Positions 19,208-28,295 of a stretch of DNA of 64,000 nt are shown here, one piece after another (within the stretch, counting starts at the first letter, position 1; every line of letters starts with the position of its first letter). Origin of the DNA: Candidatus Zhuqueibacterota bacterium (lineage in GTDB: Bacteria > Zhuqueibacterota > Zhuqueibacteria > Oceanimicrobiales > Oceanimicrobiaceae); the NCBI GenBank assembly GCA_029262005.1, contig JAJDAG010000199.1, positions 9,531 through 73,530 of the forward strand. The letters run 5' to 3'. A program made the position numbers and the translations under genes. The notes under the pieces were generated by a model. It saw only the letters and a list, made by a program, of their open reading frames with translations. It made no database searches and was not told the DNA's origin.

Positions 19208-20308
19208 ATGAACCAGGTACGCGTTTGGCGCAACTCAATTCGGGAGGAAGAAGTCCACAATTTAGTCTCCGCTGTCTCGGAAGAGAGATTTAGTGAAGGA
19301 GGCCTAACTGCTGAGTTCGAGGCGTACTTGGCCGCTGCGGTTGGGGCGCCATACGCAGTCGCGACCACGAGCGGAAGCGTTGCTCTGCTCATGGCGTTGA
19401 TGGCCTGTAAAATCGGTCATGGCGACGAAGTAATACTCCCCAACCGCTCGTCCATTGCCAGCGCGCATGCACCGCTTCTCCTGGGTGCTCGTCTTCGCGT
19501 GATCGATGTGCAGGACGATAGCCCAACTATCGATGTAACGAAGATATTTTCTTGTTTGTCGCGGCGAACGAAAGCGATAATTGTGCCTCACCCCAATGGG
19601 CGAAGTGGCAATATGGAGGCCATACGGCAGATTGCAGATGAGTATGATTTGCTGGTGATTGAAGACGCGAGTCAAGCTCTGCTTTCACGTAATAGTAAGG
19701 GCTATCTTGGTACTTTTGGTAAAGTAGGTTGCTTTTCGCTAGGTATGACCAAGTTGCTCACTACAGGGCAAGGCGGTGTTGTCGTCACGAGCGACGAACA
19801 TATCTATAATAAATTGCTTGCACTCAGGAATCATGGTAAGGGGAATAAAAAACAACATACTCAACTAGGTTTTAATTTTAAGTTCACAGATATGCAAGCT
19901 GCGATCGGGTTGGCGCAAAGTCAGTGTGTGCGTGGAAGAATCGATCGGTTGCAAGAGATTTATCGACTTTATGCTGCGACTGTTTCTGAGATTCCTTTTG
20001 TTGAAATGATGCCGGTAAATGTTGATGTGGGGGAAGTCCCGCTCTCTATTGAGATTTTCTGTGAGGAGCGTGACAGGCTAACCGGTTTTTTGAACGCACA
20101 AGGCATTGAGACGCAGTGTCTGCACCCAAGCCTTGGCTGTTATCGACACATTCATGCCAACGGTTATTTTCCCAATTCTGAAACCTACGATTTGCATGGG
20201 TTGCAACTGCCATCCGGCCCGGGACAGAGTTTGGACGATGTCAAATATGTACTCGATACGATTCAGCGCTATGCGGATATTTGTCACCCAATGAAGATTG
20301 CCTGTTAA
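19208..20308 (+). CDS. DegT/DnrJ/EryC1/StrS-family PLP-dependent sugar aminotransferase (PseC/ArnB-like)
   Basis: GSVALLMALMACKIGHGDEVILP, VIEDASQAL, FSLGMTKLLTTGQGGVVVTSDE, LRNHGK and FKFTDMQAAIGLAQ all follow the DegT family pattern. Start moved to the internal ATG at 19208 (MNQVRVW...), which has a GGAAAGGA ribosome-binding site. The upstream 27 codons have no ribosome-binding site. Confidence 0.8.
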   Translation: MNQVRVWRNSIREEEVHNLVSAVSEERFSEGGLTAEFEAYLAAAVGAPYAVATTSGSVALLMALMACKIGHGDEVILPNRSSIASAHAPLLLGARLRVIDVQDDSPTIDVTKIFSCLSRRTKAIIVPHPNGRSGNMEAIRQIADEYDLLVIEDASQALLSRNSKGYLGTFGKVGCFSLGMTKLLTTGQGGVVVTSDEHIYNKLLALRNHGKGNKKQHTQLGFNFKFTDMQAAIGLAQSQCVRGRIDRLQEIYRLYAATVSEIPFVEMMPVNVDVGEVPLSIEIFCEERDRLTGFLNAQGIETQCLHPSLGCYRHIHANGYFPNSETYDLHGLQLPSGPGQSLDDVKYVLDTIQRYADICHPMKIAC

Positions 20309-20356
20309 ACGCAGGCCTGGGTTGGCAACAAAAGCTAACTCATATTGTTGGTCTGT

Positions 20357-20395
20357 GACGTCTCACTCCGGCGCCAGGGTGTCGGGTGAGACGTC
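20357..20395. terminator. perfect 10-bp inverted repeat (gacgtctcac ... gtgagacgtc, 19-nt loop) in the convergent intergenic region; candidate bidirectional terminator or regulatory hairpin
   Basis: Left arm 20357-20366, right arm 20386-20395. It sits between the DegT stop (+ strand) and the end of the minus-strand flagellar block. No flanking T tract. Confidence 0.35.
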
Positions 20396-20608
20396 GGGGG
20401 TGTGCATGTTCGAACAAAAACCAGAATACAAGTGACTGGAACCATTGGCTAGAAAAGCGAGGGGGAGAGGTAATGCCGTCTTGCCTTATTTTTACAAAAT
20501 TGGGGCAGTTTTAAAAGCCGGAGAGAAGTTGCTGCGAGGTACTTCTGCCGCACGCATGATCAGGTGTTTTCGAATTGTATATCGAGTTACATTTACTCGA
20601 GTTACTCC

Positions 20609-21007
20609 TTAGCTGCTTGCAACTTTCACGGTTTCGGCTCCTCGCGTTGCCTGGTTTACATTAACAGAATTTTCGATTACCTCGGTTACCTTCAGTTGTT
20701 CAACTTCTTCCTCAGGCCTCTGCCGGTCCGGCTCAGACACCAACCTCACAGTTATAAAAAATGCAACGAGAATGACATAGAACCCTGAAAATAGGATTAA
20801 GGCTCTGGACAGGCTTTCCGCAAGCGAAATATTTGCACCAAGGCAATAAATGAATGTGAGCACTGCTGCAAATAAACTGAGTCTTGGAATAAATTTAGTA
20901 ATCATCAGTTCAGAGTTGGTCTCGCGGTATGGTTTGTCTGCAATTGTTATATCGGCAGGTTTGACAAAGATTCCACCATTAATTTTGCCTGTGCCGTAAC
21001 TGAAAAA
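20609..21007 (-). CDS. hypothetical small membrane protein downstream of the FlhB-like gene (start uncertain)
   Basis: Lower part of the 200-aa ORF. The hydrophobic stretch LSLFAAVLTFIYCLGANISLAESLSRALILFSGFYVILVAFFITV gives two predicted transmembrane helices. The upper part of that ORF overlaps the FlhB-like gene out of frame, so an internal start at MFFSYG or MNFFRL is assumed. Confidence 0.3.
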   Translation of the reverse strand, partial: FFSYGTGKINGGIFVKPADITIADKPYRETNSELMITKFIPRLSLFAAVLTFIYCLGANISLAESLSRALILFSGFYVILVAFFITVRLVSEPDRQRPEEEVEQLKVTEVIENSVNVNQATRGAETVKVASS

Positions 21008-21278
21008 CATAGGCCAATACCTCTGCCACAGCCTGAAAAAGTTCATTCGGAATTTCCTGTCCAACCTTACCGTGCTTGTATAAAAAGTGAGCAACAGATT
21101 TGTCTTCATGGATGGGTACGTTGTGCTCGGTAGCCTGTTTTTTGATGTGCCTGGCCAAAAGATGTGCTCCTTTTGCCAGGACGACCGGTGCACCACTGTA
21201 ACCGATATCATATTTTAGTGCAATCGCTAGTTTGGATGAACCTGTGATCACAACATCTGCCCTGGTTATTTTCTGCAT
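20979..21278 (-). CDS. stand-alone FlhB C-terminal-domain protein (EscU/YscU/HrcU/FlhB cytoplasmic-domain family, YlqH-like)
   Basis: The 99-aa sequence ADVVITGSSKLAIALKYD...GAPVVLAKGAHLLARHIKKQATEHNVPIHEDKSVAHFLYK matches the conserved core (APKVVAKG...A..I...A.E..IPI.E...LAR.LY) of the small FlhB-like proteins. Confidence 0.7.
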   Translation of the reverse strand: MQKITRADVVITGSSKLAIALKYDIGYSGAPVVLAKGAHLLARHIKKQATEHNVPIHEDKSVAHFLYKHGKVGQEIPNELFQAVAEVLAYVFQLRHRQN

Positions 21279-21295
21279 GATATGTGCCGTCGTGT

Positions 21296-21505
21296 TCAGA
21301 TGGGCCCTGCCATAAAATATCGGTTCACAACTGGGTCCAATATTTTATTTTCATTCATTTTGATTAATGAAATGGCGCTTTGAACAAGGTGCAGCCTTCG
21401 GTGCGGACGGTGGGATGTCCAGGCATCAAATGTGTCGGCAAGGCTAATGATGCGTGTAAGTTCACGGATGCTTTTCGGTGACATTGGGTATTTGCGCTTT
21501 GACAA
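21296..21505 (-). pseudogene. possible remnant of an HD-GYP/HD-domain phosphohydrolase (C-terminal fragment only)
   Basis: IISLADTFDAWTSHRPHRRLHLVQSAISLI resembles the HD-GYP motif I..aDvfDAlts.RpYr......A...l. No upstream HD or GYP motifs are found in any frame of the 460-nt gap between fliN and the FlhB-like gene. Confidence 0.3.
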
Positions 21506-21736
21506 CCAGGCTCAAAGTTAGCCGCCTGTCTTGTCGCTCCTAAACTTTTCGACAAAAAGGCATTGCGGGAGTGTGGTTTGCAGGTCGGAATTGGGACATT
21601 GTGGATGCTTCTAGCCGTCGAGAAGTATGGATGCCGGTACACAATGAAATCATTTGAGCAGGAGACAGCAAACCGAAAAATTTTGCTGTTGGCAGTGAAT
21701 TCGTTTGGAGAATCCTTTTTAACTTATGCGACTTCA

Positions 21737-22291
21737 TCATGACCCCTTGCTCGTTCCGGCAGCCATTAATTTGGTTATTCTCACACCAAAATGATCATCG
21801 ACTACAACCACTTCCCCTTCGGCTATTTTGCTTTGATTGACATAAATGTCAACCGGTTCATCGGCTAGTTTATTGAGTTCCACAAGTGAACCCTGATTCA
21901 ATTTCAACACATCTCCGAAACGCATTTCTTTTCGTCCGAGCTCCACAGTGATGAGCAGGTCTACTTCCTGGAGTAAGTCAAGGTTACGGGGAGCTGCGGT
22001 CTGGTCAGCCAATTTATCTTCATCATGGTGTAAGATATTAACCACGTTTTCCTCAGAAATTTCTCTGACATTGACGTGGTTTTTTTCCAGTTCAGCCAGC
22101 ATGGCTTCTTCGGCGGCAATTTCTTTGGCAGACTTTACAAATGCCTCTTGCTCAGGCGAATTTGATTCAGGTTTTGATGCGCTCTCACTTCCTTTTGCAA
22201 CAGGGCTTGTTCCGGACGCCTCAGTGTCAGGTGTTTGGTCTTTTTCAGCTTGTGATAAGCGATCTTTCTTTTTCGTTTTGTCAGTGGTCAT
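21737..22291 (-). CDS. fliN: flagellar motor switch protein FliN (C-terminal SpoA/FliN domain, ~100-aa acidic Ser/Glu-rich N-terminal extension)
   Basis: LLITVELGRKEMRFGDVLKLNQGSLVELNKLADEPVDIYVNQSKIAEGEVVVVDDHFGVRITKL is a near-textbook FliN C-terminal domain. Confidence 0.8.
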   Translation of the reverse strand: MTTDKTKKKDRLSQAEKDQTPDTEASGTSPVAKGSESASKPESNSPEQEAFVKSAKEIAAEEAMLAELEKNHVNVREISEENVVNILHHDEDKLADQTAAPRNLDLLQEVDLLITVELGRKEMRFGDVLKLNQGSLVELNKLADEPVDIYVNQSKIAEGEVVVVDDHFGVRITKLMAAGTSKGS

Positions 22292-22292
22292 A

Positions 22293-22820
22293 TCATTGAA
22301 TGATATATTTCTTGAAGTAGAGCCTGCTAAATTGCCCTTTGAGCAGTTTATGGTTCAGTCTGTCCAGCATTTCCGCCTTTAGCTTTTCTCTAGAGGTCAC
22401 ATCCATAAGCTCCTCAACTGTCTTGGTCGTTAGAAGAGAAATTATCGCGTCCCGAATCCAGATTTCTTTGCTCGTTGCTTCGGCTAGAAGACTTGAGCTG
22501 TCTGTTTCAAGTCCAAGCTCCACTACCAGATAACGGCGTCCATCTGAATTCGCCGGGTTAATTACAATATCATCGATTTCAAAAAATTTGCCCACCTTTA
22601 GTTCTTGTTTCAAGGCGTCGGGTATCCTGGCATGTTGTGCATGTTTGAGCAGCACATTGAATACGAGATAGTAAGCGACAATTGCCTGAACCACAAGAAT
22701 CAAAGGAAGCAAGACAAATTTGAGCCGTCTGCTTTTGCTTTTTCCCTTATCTTGGTCATCGGAATTTTCTGTGGATTCTTGATCCCTGACGCTGAGGGTA
22801 TCTTCCATGAGTGCTACCAT
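22293..22820 (-). CDS. fliL: flagellar basal-body-associated protein FliL
   Basis: Single N-terminal transmembrane helix (LLPLILVVQAIVAYYLVF), then FEIDDIVINPANSDGRRYLVVELGLE..., the FliL signature (PA.s.g.RYL.v.l.Le). Confidence 0.75.
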   Translation of the reverse strand: MVALMEDTLSVRDQESTENSDDQDKGKSKSRRLKFVLLPLILVVQAIVAYYLVFNVLLKHAQHARIPDALKQELKVGKFFEIDDIVINPANSDGRRYLVVELGLETDSSSLLAEATSKEIWIRDAIISLLTTKTVEELMDVTSREKLKAEMLDRLNHKLLKGQFSRLYFKKYIIQ

Positions 22821-22948
22821 TGGTTAAATATGCAAGCGTAACTGTCTTTACAAAAAATCCTTTTTTTCGGCAATTTGGTTCTCTTCGTTGTGTTAGAGTT
22901 GTTACTACTTCAGAAATTTGCTTGAGGCAATCCGTTCTTCCCGCTAGT

Positions 22949-23662
22949 TTACATTTTCATTCTAATGACAACACGTCTGTTTTTTGCCTTGTTCAATGGA
23001 GAATCGTTTGCAACCAGCGGTTTATGTTCGCCAAATCCTGCAACACCCATTTTGGCCGGGTCTATTTTTTCCACGTTTACGTAATAGTGGAGCACACTAA
23101 AGGCTCGATCTACCGACAACTCCCAGTTGCTCGGATATTTTGGCGTATTTATCGGTGTGTTGTCTGTATGTCCTTCGATGATAATTTTTTTGGCCTCGCT
23201 AAAAAACAGATGCGAGATAGTGGGAAGTAGTTTGACGTAAGTTGGACGCAATTCGGCATGCCCTGACTCGAATAGCACATGGTCTTTAATTTGAATAAAA
23301 ACATCACCTTCATTCAAAATGATGTCCACTTGTTCATTGAGGTCATGTTTTTGCAAAACAGAGCGGAGTTTTGCAACATGGTCGAGCATGCTCGCTTGTT
23401 TCATAGACTGTGTGCTCAGTGTGCTCGGAGAAAACCAGCTTTGAGCATGACGCAGTTGCTTTTGTACACCCATGATGCCAAAGGCACCTTTGAGTGAACC
23501 CATTGCCAGCTTGAATTTTTCGACTTCCATGCTCGAGAATGACAAGATGAGAATAAAGAAAACCATCAACAGCGTCATCATGTCGGCAAATGTCATTATC
23601 CAACTTGCTTGCCTTGGCCTCAAGTCGTCGTCCATTGCTGTTTTTTTATGATGGTAATTCAT
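22949..23662 (-). CDS. motB: flagellar stator protein MotB (OmpA-like peptidoglycan-binding C-terminus)
   Basis: N-terminus WIMTFADMMTLLMVFFIL with the conserved Asp in the plug/transmembrane region. C-terminus IIIEGHTDNTPI...NWELSVDRAFSV. 4-nt overlap with motA. Confidence 0.85.
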   Translation of the reverse strand: MNYHHKKTAMDDDLRPRQASWIMTFADMMTLLMVFFILILSFSSMEVEKFKLAMGSLKGAFGIMGVQKQLRHAQSWFSPSTLSTQSMKQASMLDHVAKLRSVLQKHDLNEQVDIILNEGDVFIQIKDHVLFESGHAELRPTYVKLLPTISHLFFSEAKKIIIEGHTDNTPINTPKYPSNWELSVDRAFSVLHYYVNVEKIDPAKMGVAGFGEHKPLVANDSPLNKAKNRRVVIRMKM

Positions 23663-24438
23663 TGCTGTGATTCATCACTTTTTTTGACTTCCCGGTCGGC
23701 CGGAGGCAGAAATGACAACAGTTTGGTCTTAATGACACGCGGCGACTCTTCTGCCTGAACCGCCAGGATACCCGTCAACAGCATTTCCTTAAATTGCACT
23801 TCTTGTTCTGAGCGCATTTTCAGCTTGCCGCTCATAGGGATAAAAAACAAATTGGCCAATAGCGCCCCGTATAATGTGGTTATCATGGCAATTGCCATAC
23901 CCGGCCCAACCGAGGCGGGGTCGCTGAGATTCTGCAGCATGAGAATCAAGCCAATGAGGGTACCAACCATTCCGAATGCCGGCGCATAGGTACCCATGGC
24001 CAGATATATTTTTTGTCCCCTCTTGTGCCTTTCCAGCATACTCATCAATTCAGCCTGCATAATTTTTTCAAGCTCGTCGGCCTCAGTGCCGTTTACAACG
24101 TGCTGTAAAGTCACTTTCATAAAATTTTCATCTACTTTTTCCAAATCCTCCTCAATAGCCAGCAAGCCACTGGTTCTGGCTTTTTTTGAAATATTGACAA
24201 TTTGGTCAATATATTTTTGTGGCGAAATCGGTTTTGCCTGCATCAACTTCTTAGTCACTTTCAGCAATCCTATGACATCTTCAAATTGGAAATTGACCAG
24301 AGTTGCAGCGATAGTTCCACCCAGAACCATAATAAAAGATGGCAGGTTGATAAAAGGGCCGATTCCACCCCCAACAATCATGGAGAGTGAGATGAGGCTC
24401 ACGCCTGCAACCATACCAATAACGGTTCCTTTATCCAT
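23659..24438 (-). CDS. motA: flagellar stator protein MotA (MotA/TolQ/ExbB proton-channel family)
   Basis: Four transmembrane helices. YAPAFGMVGTLIGLILMLQNL...GPGMAIAMITTLYGALLANL is the MotA core. It lies in a fliG/motB/fliL context. AAGGGGG ribosome-binding site upstream. Confidence 0.85.
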   Translation of the reverse strand: MDKGTVIGMVAGVSLISLSMIVGGGIGPFINLPSFIMVLGGTIAATLVNFQFEDVIGLLKVTKKLMQAKPISPQKYIDQIVNISKKARTSGLLAIEEDLEKVDENFMKVTLQHVVNGTEADELEKIMQAELMSMLERHKRGQKIYLAMGTYAPAFGMVGTLIGLILMLQNLSDPASVGPGMAIAMITTLYGALLANLFFIPMSGKLKMRSEQEVQFKEMLLTGILAVQAEESPRVIKTKLLSFLPPADREVKKSDESQQ

Positions 24439-24600
24439 GCCGCCCCCTTATGTCGATGCTTCCGACGAGGTTTCGGCTTTTGCATATTTTTGCATCAAGG
24501 TTACTCTCATATTTTTCAGGGGGCGGGGCAGCTCCCCACCGAAAGCCGGGCTATTCAAGGTGCAATGTTGATTGATTGCCTGGCCGATCATATATCGTGT

Positions 24601-25164
24601 TCAATTTGTCGCCATATCAGATAAAATTTTACCTGCACGGTCGGCGGGTAACGCGTTGAATATTTTAGTCCGGTCCCTCACCCTTGCTTTCTCATAAACA
24701 AGTTGAACCAGCTTGTCAGGGAGATTTACCAGAATGGGAGAGAGCACGTCGTACTTCATTGAACCCAACATTTGGGCCAGTTCCTGCAATTTTTTCTCTT
24801 CCCTCGTGTTTTTGATGCTCTCCTTTTGCTCTTCGCTTTGGCGAATTTTTTTCTTTAGAATTTTGTTTTCTTGCATCAGTTTATCGAGGTCCAGTTTCTG
24901 CTCGGCTATTATTTGATTTTGTTCCTGCAGTTGCGAGAGGGATTCATTCCACTCAGTTTGCAGGTTTTTTTCTACTCCGGCAATGGGCTTATACTTTTTA
25001 GAGTATATTGAGTCAGCAATTGACATATTTTGGTGATAATTGGTGCAATTGAATATGGGTATTCCAATAGTCTTGCTGAATATTGGGTCCTTGCCAAAAT
25101 ACATTGCGAGGATAAACCCCAGAAATGAAATCGAATAAAATAAAAGCCAGAGACCTGTTTTCAT
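24601..25164 (-). CDS. membrane-anchored flagellar-cluster protein with an MgtE_N/FliG-like C-terminal domain (FlbB/YlxF-like)
   Basis: N-terminal transmembrane helix, coiled-coil middle section, C-terminus LSPILVNLPDKLVQLVYEKARVRDRTKIFNALPADRAGKILSDMA resembling MgtE N-terminal/FlbB-type domains. It sits between fliG and motA. Confidence 0.4.
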   Translation of the reverse strand: MKTGLWLLFYSISFLGFILAMYFGKDPIFSKTIGIPIFNCTNYHQNMSIADSIYSKKYKPIAGVEKNLQTEWNESLSQLQEQNQIIAEQKLDLDKLMQENKILKKKIRQSEEQKESIKNTREEKKLQELAQMLGSMKYDVLSPILVNLPDKLVQLVYEKARVRDRTKIFNALPADRAGKILSDMATN

Positions 25165-25265
25165 GGTTATTTTTTTACCATATTTCTTTGTTTTGCTTTG
25201 ACCTCAAAGATGCGCTTTCCCCTTGTTTTTGCACGTGCTTAAACTTGTATCTGCTTTATTCAACA

Positions 25266-26291
25266 TCACTCGACATACTCTTCTTGTTGTTGTGACCTCG
25301 CCAGGACAATTTCACCCCTAAACTCCATTTGCCGTACTAACGCAACAATATCCAGTTGCGATGCTTCTACTTCACGACGCCGCACCGGCCCGAGAAATTC
25401 GATTTCTTCTTGCAGCGCTTCAGAGGCTTGTTTAGACAGGTTATTGAATATTTTGGCTTTCAGATTTTCAGAGGCAACTTTGAGCGCCATGCCAAGTGAT
25501 TTTGAATCAACGCCTTTTAGAATTTTCTGAATGTCCTTGTCGCGCAGTTTGGTAAGATCTTCAAATACGAACATCAGATTCTTGATTTCTGTGGCCAGTT
25601 CCGGGTCCCTCTGAATAAGGAGCTCCATGATGGCCTGCTCGACCCCCCTTTTGGTTGAATTTAGAATTTCCGCCACTGCTTTAACTCCGCCACCCAGATT
25701 TTGGCAAGCTCCGAGACTACCACCCATTTGAGTGATAAGCACGTCTTCGATTTCCCGTAACAGTTCCGGTGATGTCTTGCCCATGGTGGCCATTCTTAGC
25801 GCAACATCACCCTGGAGATCTGTTGATAATTCGCTGAGAATGCCGGCAGCCTGGTGGTGTTTCATGTTGGCCAATATGAGGGCGATGGTTTGCGGATGCT
25901 CTTTTTGCAAGTAGTTGATTAATTCGCCGGGGTGAACAGATTTGAGAAATTTAAAACCTGTGACATCTGTAACTGCCTTGACCTTTTTCATCAAGTCCCT
26001 TGCCTTGCCGCGACCAAAGGCACTTTCCAGCATCTTTGCGGCGAAATTCAATCCGCCTTGCGCGATGTATTTGTCGGCCATCATCATCTCGTAAAATTCC
26101 ATAACAACGGCCTGTGCTACATCACTTGGTAAATTTTTGAACCGGGCTATCTCAACAGTGACTTGCTCCATTTCTGATTCATCAAGTTGTTTCAGCAATG
26201 GGACTGTCTTGTCTGGCCCAATGGTAATGAGAAAGATGGCCACCTTCTGAACGCCGCTCAGTGATTTCATTTGGGGATGTTTTTTTATCAT
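25266..26291 (-). CDS. fliG: flagellar motor switch protein FliG
   Basis: The 341-aa sequence GVQKVAIFLITIGPDKTVPLLKQLDESEMEQVTVEIARF... and the C-terminal torque-helix region are typical FliG. ATGA overlap with fliF. Confidence 0.9.
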   Translation of the reverse strand: MIKKHPQMKSLSGVQKVAIFLITIGPDKTVPLLKQLDESEMEQVTVEIARFKNLPSDVAQAVVMEFYEMMMADKYIAQGGLNFAAKMLESAFGRGKARDLMKKVKAVTDVTGFKFLKSVHPGELINYLQKEHPQTIALILANMKHHQAAGILSELSTDLQGDVALRMATMGKTSPELLREIEDVLITQMGGSLGACQNLGGGVKAVAEILNSTKRGVEQAIMELLIQRDPELATEIKNLMFVFEDLTKLRDKDIQKILKGVDSKSLGMALKVASENLKAKIFNNLSKQASEALQEEIEFLGPVRRREVEASQLDIVALVRQMEFRGEIVLARSQQQEEYVE

Positions 26292-27835
26292 GCCTGATTG
26301 TTGTCCTCTGCCAGCCAGTATCTTAGAATTCGAGCTGCTTGTTCATTTTCTTCACTGGAAAAACGGACAACCTCTTTTGTTATATGTTCCTGAAAACTCC
26401 GCTTGCTTTGAATGCCATCACCGTGTCTGGCATTTGCCAATATTGCCGCAGCTTGCTCATCCGGCTCCTGTAAATGTGTCTGACTTCCTGATGATAACTG
26501 GTTAAACTTCTGCTGAAAATATTCATTCAGTCCCAGTTTTTTTATGAGCCGGTTCAAACCGATGATGAGCAGGATGACGGCCGCGATTGCACAGGCAACT
26601 TTGATGGCGTATATGATTTTTTCCCGCTCCTGAACTGTGGCCATAATTTCATTTTCTCTGTCAATAAATGAGCGATCAAAAGCGAGCTGCTGCACCTCTA
26701 TCCGATCGTTGCGTTGCGCATTAAAGCCCACAGTATTTTTTACTATTTCAGTGATTCTATCTATTTCTTCGGCTGTGCGTGGAACGCTTGGCTCTTCAAT
26801 ATTTTTGAAAACGCCATTTACGAAGACCGCCACAGAAAGTGTTTTTATGTCGCCCATGCTGCCATGGAATTGTTCAACAACTTTGTTTATTTCATAATTT
26901 GTAGTTGTGCTTTCACGCTTGTGAATTGTCTTGCCGGTGTTAGCGGTCGATTCATCGTTGCGTTCTTCGCTCTGAATGGCCGTGTTATCAGGATCGACCA
27001 GCTCGCTGGTACGCACGATTTTGTCGAAATTCAATTCGACAGCGACGCGCACGATGGCATTGCCCGTTCCAAGAACTTTCTCAAGCATGGTTTGGACTTT
27101 ATTTGCAAGATGCGCTTCCACATTCTTACGCATTTCGTACTGAGTGCTCGTTAGGTCGAGTTGGCTGTTGGTAAATTCTGGTTTTGTCAGCATGTATCCA
27201 CGCGTGTCGATAATGGTAACGTCTTCCGGTTTCAGACCTTCAACACTCGCAGCGACAAGATTGACAATGCCTTTTATTTGCTTTCGCCCGAGTTCTGCGT
27301 TAGGCTTGAGCTTAACGACAACTGATGCTGTCGCTTGTTTTTCTTGCCCCTCTAATGCTTCTGACTCCGGAAGGGCCAGGTGAACACGGGCCTGATTAAT
27401 TGTCTCAATTTGACCAATCGTGTTGGTTAGCTCGCCTTCAAGTTTTCGTCTTAAGCTGATGCGCCGCATGAAATCATTTGACTCTGAATTGTCTTGACTT
27501 AACAATTCAGAGCTGCCTAAACTGCTGGAAATAATATTTTCTCCGGCATGCCTGATACGAAGTTCGGCGATGTCTTTTTCCGGCACGAGCAGGACACTAC
27601 CATTTTCTTGCAATTTGTAAGGAATGTTGTGGCTCTGCAAATCCGCAAGTACTCTGGCTGCTTCCGCAGCATTGAGTTTAGCATAGAGCCGGGCATAATC
27701 CGGGTGATTTGCCCAAACCAGGAGCAACAAAAAACTCAAGGTTACCACAACTGTTGCCCCGGCTAATGCATATTTTTGTTTATTGGACAGCTTGTGAAGA
27801 TATTTTTTCAGATGCTGTAAGTTTAAATCTTTCAC
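26288..27835 (-). CDS. fliF: flagellar M-ring protein FliF
   Basis: 515 aa with N- and C-terminal transmembrane helices and a periplasmic ring-building region (LKPEDVTIIDTRGYML) typical of FliF/YscJ. Confidence 0.9.
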   Translation of the reverse strand: MKDLNLQHLKKYLHKLSNKQKYALAGATVVVTLSFLLLLVWANHPDYARLYAKLNAAEAARVLADLQSHNIPYKLQENGSVLLVPEKDIAELRIRHAGENIISSSLGSSELLSQDNSESNDFMRRISLRRKLEGELTNTIGQIETINQARVHLALPESEALEGQEKQATASVVVKLKPNAELGRKQIKGIVNLVAASVEGLKPEDVTIIDTRGYMLTKPEFTNSQLDLTSTQYEMRKNVEAHLANKVQTMLEKVLGTGNAIVRVAVELNFDKIVRTSELVDPDNTAIQSEERNDESTANTGKTIHKRESTTTNYEINKVVEQFHGSMGDIKTLSVAVFVNGVFKNIEEPSVPRTAEEIDRITEIVKNTVGFNAQRNDRIEVQQLAFDRSFIDRENEIMATVQEREKIIYAIKVACAIAAVILLIIGLNRLIKKLGLNEYFQQKFNQLSSGSQTHLQEPDEQAAAILANARHGDGIQSKRSFQEHITKEVVRFSSEENEQAARILRYWLAEDNNQA

Positions 27836-28295
27836 GGTTTAGGCGGAATCCATATAGTGTATTAGAAATGGCATTTGTCTTTTCAGAATCGGATAAAAGT
27901 AGCAATAATTGCTAATTAATTTTTTCATTTTCCGCGAGTGTAATACGCTGCTCCATCCGGCGTAATGCAGGAAATGTAAATCTTTATGAAAAGGGCACTT
28001 AATATTGAGCGTTATCAAGGCCTTATAGTTATCGACTTTTGCCTGTGGCACTTAATATATGATCGGCATATGCCCCGGGCATCCAAGGTTTAAAAAGTGA
28101 ATTTTTGGAAATAATTTCGCTAATGGTGACGAAGTGAAGTTGATGAGCTAAGAGGCAAGTTTTTTTAGCGTCCTGGCTGAATTCGGGAGGCTATTTTCTG
28201 ATTTGCCTATAGGCTCAAGTCAGAAAGGTTGAAGTTTGCTTGATTTTGAATAACGGAGACCGATTGTCACAGAATAGATTCGCATGGCTGAACTT

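Noticed and set aside
18958-19392. 144-aa minus-strand ORF overlapping the DegT start region
   Set aside because: It is antisense to the DegT aminotransferase and the upstream leader. It has Ala/Pro-rich low-complexity composition and no ribosome-binding site.
20400-20420. tRNA T-loop-like gttcgaac
   Set aside because: The flanks cannot form a 5-bp T stem, an acceptor stem or an anticodon arm, so this is not a tRNA. No tRNA-like cloverleaf was found by eye in any intergenic region.
23996-24571. 191-aa + strand ORF inside motA
   Set aside because: It is antisense to a clear MotA gene. Its Ser/Ile-rich composition is the mirror image of the MotA transmembrane helices.
28040-28060. TGGCAC motif resembling a sigma-54 -24 element upstream of fliF
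   Set aside because: It is on the + strand, pointing away from the minus-strand fliF gene. No TTGC -12 element sits at the right spacing. No convincing sigma-54 or sigma-28 promoter could be called on the correct strand.
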